NCBI GenBank assembly: GCA_052168235.1 | Contig: JBQLZK010000003.1 | Coordinates: 1 to 64,000 of the forward strand | Reading direction: 5' to 3' | DNA: 64,000 nucleotides | Source: Thainema sp. | GTDB taxonomy: Bacteria > Cyanobacteriota > Cyanobacteriia > Phormidesmidales > Phormidesmidaceae | In this document: positions 62,518 to 64,000 of the stretch, piece by piece | Position numbering within the stretch: position 1 is the stretch's first letter | Layout of the letters: every line of letters starts with the position of its first letter | Position numbers and translations under genes: made by a program | The notes under the pieces: model-generated | The model's input: only the letters and a program-made list of their open reading frames with translations | Database searches by the model: none | Told to the model about the DNA's origin: nothing

Positions 62518-64000
62518 ATGTCCTTTTCTTCAATTACTCGCGCACTCGGACGATCAAACCTAACCACTGAACTGCTGGAGAAGCTGAATCAGCAGGGTGA
62601 ACTTACGCTAAACGGGATTGCTCGTTTACCGAAAGGGCTGGTCAGCTCAGCGCTCGCTCAAAACCAGACGCAACCCTTAGTCATCGTGACGGCGACGCTG
62701 GAAGAAGCGGGACGTTGGGCAGCCCAGCTCGATGCGATGGGCTGGCAGACGGTGCATTTTTATCCCACATCAGAATCGTCGCCCTACGAGCCGTTTGATA
62801 CCGAGGCCGAGATGACCTGGGGGCAAATGCAGGTGCTGGCTGATTTGATGCGAAGTCGGACTGGACAGGGATCCGAGGCTCCAGTTGATCCGTCGGCGAA
62901 TGGGAAAGTGAACGGTGGAAAAGGGAATGGTAAATCGGGCGGTAAGCTGGATGCACCGTTTGCCATTGTCGCGGCTGAGCGGGCGCTGCAGCCGTTATTG
63001 CCGCCCGTTGAGGTTTTTCAGGAATACTGCGTCAACGTGTGCCAAGGGGATGAGCTAAACCTCAAATCTCTGTCTCATCGCCTCGCTCGTTTGGGCTACG
63101 AGAAAGTTTCTCAGGTTGAGTTGGAAGGGCAGTGGAGCCAGCGCGGTGACATCATTGACGTGTTTCCGGTTGCGTCTGAACTGCCTGTTCGACTAGAGCT
63201 GTTTGGAGACGAGGTGGATCAGATTCGCGAGTTTGATCCCGCCAGTCAGCGATCGCTAGACAAAATCAACCAAATTACGCTGACGGCCACCAGCTTTTCA
63301 CCCATTGTTTTCGATGCGCTACAGGACAAAGGACTGCTGGAGCGACTGCCCGTTTCCGACGAAGAGCAGGAGCAGTTGAGCACCGGACAGCCAATTGAGG
63401 GAATGCGGCGTTTCCTGGGGCTGGCCTTTGAGCAAACGGCCTCGCTGCTGGATTATTTGCCCGACAATACGCTGATTGCCCTGGATGAACCGGAACAGTG
63501 CCGCGCCCATAGCGATCGCTGGTTGGAACACGTTGAGGATCACTGGCTGGAAGTCAATTCCCATTTGCTTTCAAGCTCCAACGCTCAATCTAACCAAGAC
63601 GCGTTCGTCAAAATTCACCGCTCCTTTGATGATTCTTTGGCCGAAATGGAGCGGTTCCAGCGGCTTAACTTATCAGAAATTGCAGAAGAAAATACTGGGC
63701 TAAATCTAGCTAGTCGCCCATTCCCGGCCATTCCGCATCAGTTTGGTAAGTTAGCTGAGACGTTACGGGAGGAGCGCGATCGCAACTTCTCGATCTGGCT
63801 GGTATCGGCTCAGCCGTCTCGCTGCGTGGCGCTGCTGCAGGAGCATGACTGTCCGGCTCAGTTTGTGCCCAATCCTAGAGATTATCCGGCGATTGACAAG
63901 CTGCAAACCCAGCATACACCTGTAGCAGTCAAGTATTCGGGACTGGCGGAGTTAGAAGGGTTTGTGCTGCCTACGTTCCGCTTAGTCGTTGTCACCGACC
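62518..64000 (+). CDS. mfd: Transcription-repair coupling factor, 5' part (runs off the window; absent from the ORF track)
   Basis: Manual translation MSFSSITRALGRS..RLPKGLVSSALAQ..EEAGRWAAQL..FYPTSESSPYE..RLGYE..EGQWSQRGDIIDVFP..RLELFGDEVDQIREFDPASQRS (UvrB-homology module). Confidence 0.92.
   Translation, partial: MSFSSITRALGRSNLTTELLEKLNQQGELTLNGIARLPKGLVSSALAQNQTQPLVIVTATLEEAGRWAAQLDAMGWQTVHFYPTSESSPYEPFDTEAEMTWGQMQVLADLMRSRTGQGSEAPVDPSANGKVNGGKGNGKSGGKLDAPFAIVAAERALQPLLPPVEVFQEYCVNVCQGDELNLKSLSHRLARLGYEKVSQVELEGQWSQRGDIIDVFPVASELPVRLELFGDEVDQIREFDPASQRSLDKINQITLTATSFSPIVFDALQDKGLLERLPVSDEEQEQLSTGQPIEGMRRFLGLAFEQTASLLDYLPDNTLIALDEPEQCRAHSDRWLEHVEDHWLEVNSHLLSSSNAQSNQDAFVKIHRSFDDSLAEMERFQRLNLSEIAEENTGLNLASRPFPAIPHQFGKLAETLREERDRNFSIWLVSAQPSRCVALLQEHDCPAQFVPNPRDYPAIDKLQTQHTPVAVKYSGLAELEGFVLPTFRLVVVTD

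Overview
Ordinary chromosomal window from a cyanobacterium: HIP1 octamer GCGATCGC throughout, petJ, an OCP C-terminal-domain homologue and groEL2 with CIRCE. A SepJ/FraG homologue suggests it is filamentous. Most of it is housekeeping (rimO-crhR, fumC, rsmE, hspA, mreBCD, ssb, miaE, aroQ, cinA, glyA, a CtaA-like Cu ATPase, groEL2, queG, pyrR, 5' part of mfd). The main accessory block (about 20.6-28.9 kb) is an ABC-transporter-dependent surface-glycan locus: wzm, a SAM methyltransferase, wzt with a C-terminal extension, a 1.3-kaa sulfotransferase/coiled-coil/double-GT4 protein and a stand-alone sulfotransferase. Its architecture suggests a sulfate- and/or methyl-capped, ruler-controlled glycan, and it is my best candidate for an undescribed system. 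Intergenic regions hold many miniature hairpin-bearing repeat elements, including a three-level nested insertion with intact target-site duplications at 57.8-58.2 kb. Two small ORFs missing from the ORF track (29 aa and 45 aa) and a soluble protein with a Psb34-like motif are also noted. I found no tRNA, rRNA, CRISPR array, transposase or prophage. All calls come from visual motif recognition; no searches were run.
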